A stretch of DNA of 19,952 nt from Thermoproteota archaeon (lineage in GTDB: Archaea > Korarchaeota > Korarchaeia > Korarchaeales > Korarchaeaceae), in the NCBI GenBank assembly GCA_027491735.1, contig JAOZGP010000002.1, positions 1 through 19,952 on the forward strand. Reading direction: 5' to 3'. The position numbers were made by a program, and so were the translations under genes. This document shows, piece by piece, positions 17,174 to 19,952 of the stretch (positions within the stretch are counted from its first letter, which is position 1; every line of letters begins with the position of its first letter). The notes beneath the pieces were generated by a model. It saw only the letters and a list, made by a program, of their open reading frames with translations. It was not told where the DNA came from and searched no databases.

Positions 17174-17252
17174 TTGAACAATGTACTATTTTCTGTTCAA
17201 ATTTAGACATCATGATGTCTACTTTACGAATCTATTTGAACAACTTTTAAAT
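17174..17252. promoter_or_regulatory. Palindrome array and TATA box upstream of the AsnRS2 operon
   Basis: TTGAACA (17174-17180), TGTTCAAAT (17194-17202), perfect 18-bp palindrome TAGACATCATGATGTCTA (17204-17221), ATTTGAACA (17234-17242), TTTTAAAT (17245-17252). Confidence 0.7.
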
Positions 17253-17276
17253 CACACCAAGCTGAAGGCTTTTGTT

Positions 17277-18326
17277 ATGAGATCTGTCGAGGTGAGGTAC
17301 CATCCAAGCGTTCGGCAGCTTGAGAGTATGACCTCCAGAGAGGGATATCTCGAGGAGCTCAAGAACCTACTATCCAGGTCGTACAGGCTTGTCAGAGATG
17401 AAAGGTATAAGGTCGTGTACAGGATGCAGGCTGAGCTCTTAGCGGCTATAAGGGAGTACCTGGATTCGAGAGGATTTGTGGAGCTCCTTCCTCCGATCAT
17501 AGGACCTGTGACCGATCCAGGAATAAGAGGCGCAAAGCAGGTGACAGTGGACTTCTACGGCTCTGAGTACAAGGTGATGAGCAGCGCCATACTCTACAAG
17601 CAGATGATGGCGACAACTCTTGGTAAGATATATTTCGCCAGCCCCAATGTAAGACTTGAGCCTCCGGAGACCGTGTACACAGGAAGACATCTGGTTGAGT
17701 TCGTGCAGGTCGACGTGGAGGTAGCTGGAGCAGACTATCGCGATGCCATGAACCTAGCGGAGGAGCTCCTCTGTCATGTGATCAAGAGGGTCAGGGAGGA
17801 GAGGTACATGGAGCTGGAGCTTCTCGGAAGGGAGTTACCCGCTTTTTCACCCCCTTTCAAGAGGTACACTCACGCAGAAGCAGTAGACATCCTGAGGAAC
17901 TTGGGTTTCAAGACAAGCCGATCGACGGAGATCCCTTGGGAGGGAGAAAAGATCTTATCTGGACTGCACGACGAGCCGTTCTTCATATACAACTATCCCA
18001 GGGGAGCTAGGGGTTTCTACGACAGGGAGGACCCTGAGAAACCGGGCATCCTGAGGGACTTCGACATGCTATATCCTGAGGGATTTGGAGAAGCCATCAG
18101 CGGTGCTGAAAGGGAGTACACCTCGGAGAAGGTCTTAGAGAGAATGAGAGAGACCGGTGAGAACCCCGTCAAGTACAAGTGGTACCTGGAAATGTTGAGA
18201 GATGGCGTAGAACCATCTGCTGGATTTGGAATAGGTGTAGAGAGGTTGACGAGGTTCGTTTGTGGTTTAGAAGCGGTGTGGATGGCCAGACCCTACCCCA
18301 AACTCCCAGGGATATACTCCCCGTGA
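17277..18326 (+). CDS. AsnRS-like catalytic-domain-only protein (archaeal-type asparagine synthetase, AsnRS2/AS-AR family)
   Basis: Class II aaRS motif 1 (GFVELLPP), motif 2 (PNVRLE...RHLVEF.Q.D.E), SGAERE and motif 3 (SAGFGIGVERL); no anticodon-binding OB domain; ATG 17277 lies about 25 nt after the TATA box. Confidence 0.88.
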   Translation: MRSVEVRYHPSVRQLESMTSREGYLEELKNLLSRSYRLVRDERYKVVYRMQAELLAAIREYLDSRGFVELLPPIIGPVTDPGIRGAKQVTVDFYGSEYKVMSSAILYKQMMATTLGKIYFASPNVRLEPPETVYTGRHLVEFVQVDVEVAGADYRDAMNLAEELLCHVIKRVREERYMELELLGRELPAFSPPFKRYTHAEAVDILRNLGFKTSRSTEIPWEGEKILSGLHDEPFFIYNYPRGARGFYDREDPEKPGILRDFDMLYPEGFGEAISGAEREYTSEKVLERMRETGENPVKYKWYLEMLRDGVEPSAGFGIGVERLTRFVCGLEAVWMARPYPKLPGIYSP

Positions 18327-18343
18327 AGGGTGAGGCGAACATC

Positions 18344-19723
18344 ATGATGGAGAGGCTATTCTCCTTGGCCTCGAGGCTAGTACTAAGATATGGAATTTTG
18401 CGGAGCACCGTGAGGTCTGGGCTGTCGTTCTCCAGAACATATCCAGTGTGGGAGATACTCTCCAAGGCCAGAGCGGGGAAGGATGCTGTTTACCCGTTCA
18501 ATGAGCTGGAGGAGTATGGAAGGGCTCTCCTGGGAGCTGAGGTCTACGAGCCTGGGTATCCCAGATTCCACACACTGGACAGGCTTGTGCTCCTTCCTCC
18601 GGCCTTCACACCAAACAGATTGGCTAAGATGGGTGAGCTTCTCAGGGAGCCCCTATACACCGACGTGAGAACGGAGTGCTTTGTGGGAGGGTTCAAGGTC
18701 AAACTTCCTCTTGTGGTCGGATCCATGGGCTCCACAGATGTGGCCAGCAGAGTTGGAGTGGAGCTGGCTAGAGGAGCAGCGAAGGCGGGAATAGTGATGG
18801 GGATAGGAGAGAACGTCGCCACGATGAGGGGATACGATAGGAGGAGGTGTAGGAATCATCCCAGCTTAAAAGAAAGGCTCATGGCCTACTTGGAGAACAT
18901 GAAAGATGGATTTGGCGGGATAATCATTCAGCAGAGTGTGGAGGACGCCTACGATGAGCTCTGGAACAGGATCTACTCCGATGTAGACCTCGAATCCTAC
19001 TTCGAGGAGGGAGTAGTGGGTTTTGAGATAAAGGTCGGTCAGGGAGCCAAACCCGGACTGGGAGGGGAGGTCAAGGTATCTCGAGATCTCGCCTTAGAAC
19101 TGAAGGATAAGTACTATCTTCCGGAGGATCCAGAAATTGTGATTAAGGACTTCTACGAAAGGCATTCTGCTCCAGGAACTTTCACTGAAGCGATATTGAG
19201 CAGTATGATAAGGCTCCTCAAGAACAACTATCCAAGAGCCAGGGTATGGGTTAAGCTCGGTCCTTACAGAGATCTCGTCAGGGTGATCAAGATATGCTCC
19301 GATGCTGGTACCGACGCCATAACAGTCGATGGAAAAGAGGGAGGCACGGGGATGAGCCCCATAGTGGCTCTGAAAGATCTAGGACTTCCGACTCTAGCCT
19401 GTCTCAAGAGGATCGGTGATGCCAAACGCTTGGGGGTGAGCTCCTCGATGGTAGTCTCTGGGGGGTTGTACAGCGGAAGCCATTTAGTTAAGGCGCTGGC
19501 TCTCGGAGCTGACGCTGTGGCCATGGGGAGACCCTTTATAATAGCCGTTCAAGCTAAGGGAGAGAGGGGCGTCACGAACTTCGTGGAGGCCGTGAGAGCT
19601 GAGGCCCAGATGTTGACCTCAGCACTCGACAAATACTCCTTGAAAGATCTTTCACCAGAGGACCTAGGATCCCTTGATAAGGACATAGCAGATGCTCTGG
19701 AACTGAGCTACATATACTCCTGA
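18344..19723 (+). CDS. Glutamate synthase FMN-binding-domain family protein (GltB2/COG0069-like)
   Basis: EIKVGQGAKPGLGG, VWVK, VDGKEGGTG, SGGL..G...KALALGADAV; GGTGAGG RBS at 18329-18335 supports ATG 18344. Confidence 0.85.
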   Translation: MMERLFSLASRLVLRYGILRSTVRSGLSFSRTYPVWEILSKARAGKDAVYPFNELEEYGRALLGAEVYEPGYPRFHTLDRLVLLPPAFTPNRLAKMGELLREPLYTDVRTECFVGGFKVKLPLVVGSMGSTDVASRVGVELARGAAKAGIVMGIGENVATMRGYDRRRCRNHPSLKERLMAYLENMKDGFGGIIIQQSVEDAYDELWNRIYSDVDLESYFEEGVVGFEIKVGQGAKPGLGGEVKVSRDLALELKDKYYLPEDPEIVIKDFYERHSAPGTFTEAILSSMIRLLKNNYPRARVWVKLGPYRDLVRVIKICSDAGTDAITVDGKEGGTGMSPIVALKDLGLPTLACLKRIGDAKRLGVSSSMVVSGGLYSGSHLVKALALGADAVAMGRPFIIAVQAKGERGVTNFVEAVRAEAQMLTSALDKYSLKDLSPEDLGSLDKDIADALELSYIYS

Positions 19724-19726
19724 GAG

Positions 19727-19742
19727 GTTTTCAACTTTTTTA
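19727..19742 (+). terminator. T-tract terminator candidate after the GltB2-like gene
   Basis: GTTTTTCAACTTTTTT immediately after the stop codon. Confidence 0.5.
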
Positions 19743-19842
19743 TTCTCCGAAGAACAAATATAGCGATGTTTAAGATGTTCGTCAACAGAATGCCCTAAAA
19801 TAAAGATAGCATATCATTATAGATTAAAAAAGGAGGAGGGGT

Positions 19843-19952
19843 TCAGCTGCCCGCCGCTGAGGGCGGTATGGCCACTATGACCGGCGTGAGCGTTGGGACT
19901 ACCTTGGCCTTGGCCGGCATGGTCGTTGGCATTATGCCGAGCAGTATCACGG
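19843..19952 (-). CDS. 3' end of a gene entering from the right edge, product unknown
   Basis: Open frame VILLGIMPTTMPAKAKVVPTLTPVIVAIPPSAAGS*, GC3-rich codons, followed by CCCCTCCTCCTTTTTT, a terminator-like tract. Confidence 0.55.
   Translation of the reverse strand, partial: VILLGIMPTTMPAKAKVVPTLTPVIVAIPPSAAGS

Noticed and set aside
17181-17276. ORF-track N-terminal extension of the AsnRS-like gene
   Set aside because: It runs through the palindrome array and TATA box, so ATG 17277 is the better start. Similar over-extensions were trimmed for trxA, thrB, the presenilin gene and the GltB2-like gene
1-19952. CRISPR arrays, tRNA or rRNA genes, intact transposase or integrase
   Set aside because: No regularly spaced repeats, cloverleaf motifs or full-length recombinase ORFs were seen by eye

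Overview
A gene-dense window from an archaeon, probably a thermophile. The evidence is GGTGAGG-type ribosome-binding sites, TATA boxes about 25-30 nt before start codons, AGG/ATA-rich codons, a presenilin homologue and an AsnRS-like asparagine synthetase; the lineage cannot be fixed from the sequence alone. Intact genes, in order: a DUF364 protein, a 52-aa Cys-rich protein missed by the ORF track, a secreted protein whose membrane anchor sits out of frame behind a T7 tract, a PRC-barrel protein, a wHTH regulator and membrane protein divergent from an ABC-2 exporter, a presenilin-family protease, guaB, a SAM methyltransferase, an alpha/beta hydrolase, a DUF998 protein, a secreted S-layer-like protein, thioredoxin, thrB-thrC, and an AsnRS2/glutamate-synthase-FMN-domain pair preceded by a palindrome array. 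Decayed gene fragments lie at about 1190-1760, 14305-14500 and 16890-17102. An 80-bp degenerate copy of part of the methyltransferase gene lies at 13056-13135. No tRNA, rRNA or CRISPR array was seen. Family assignments come from motif recognition, not database searches.
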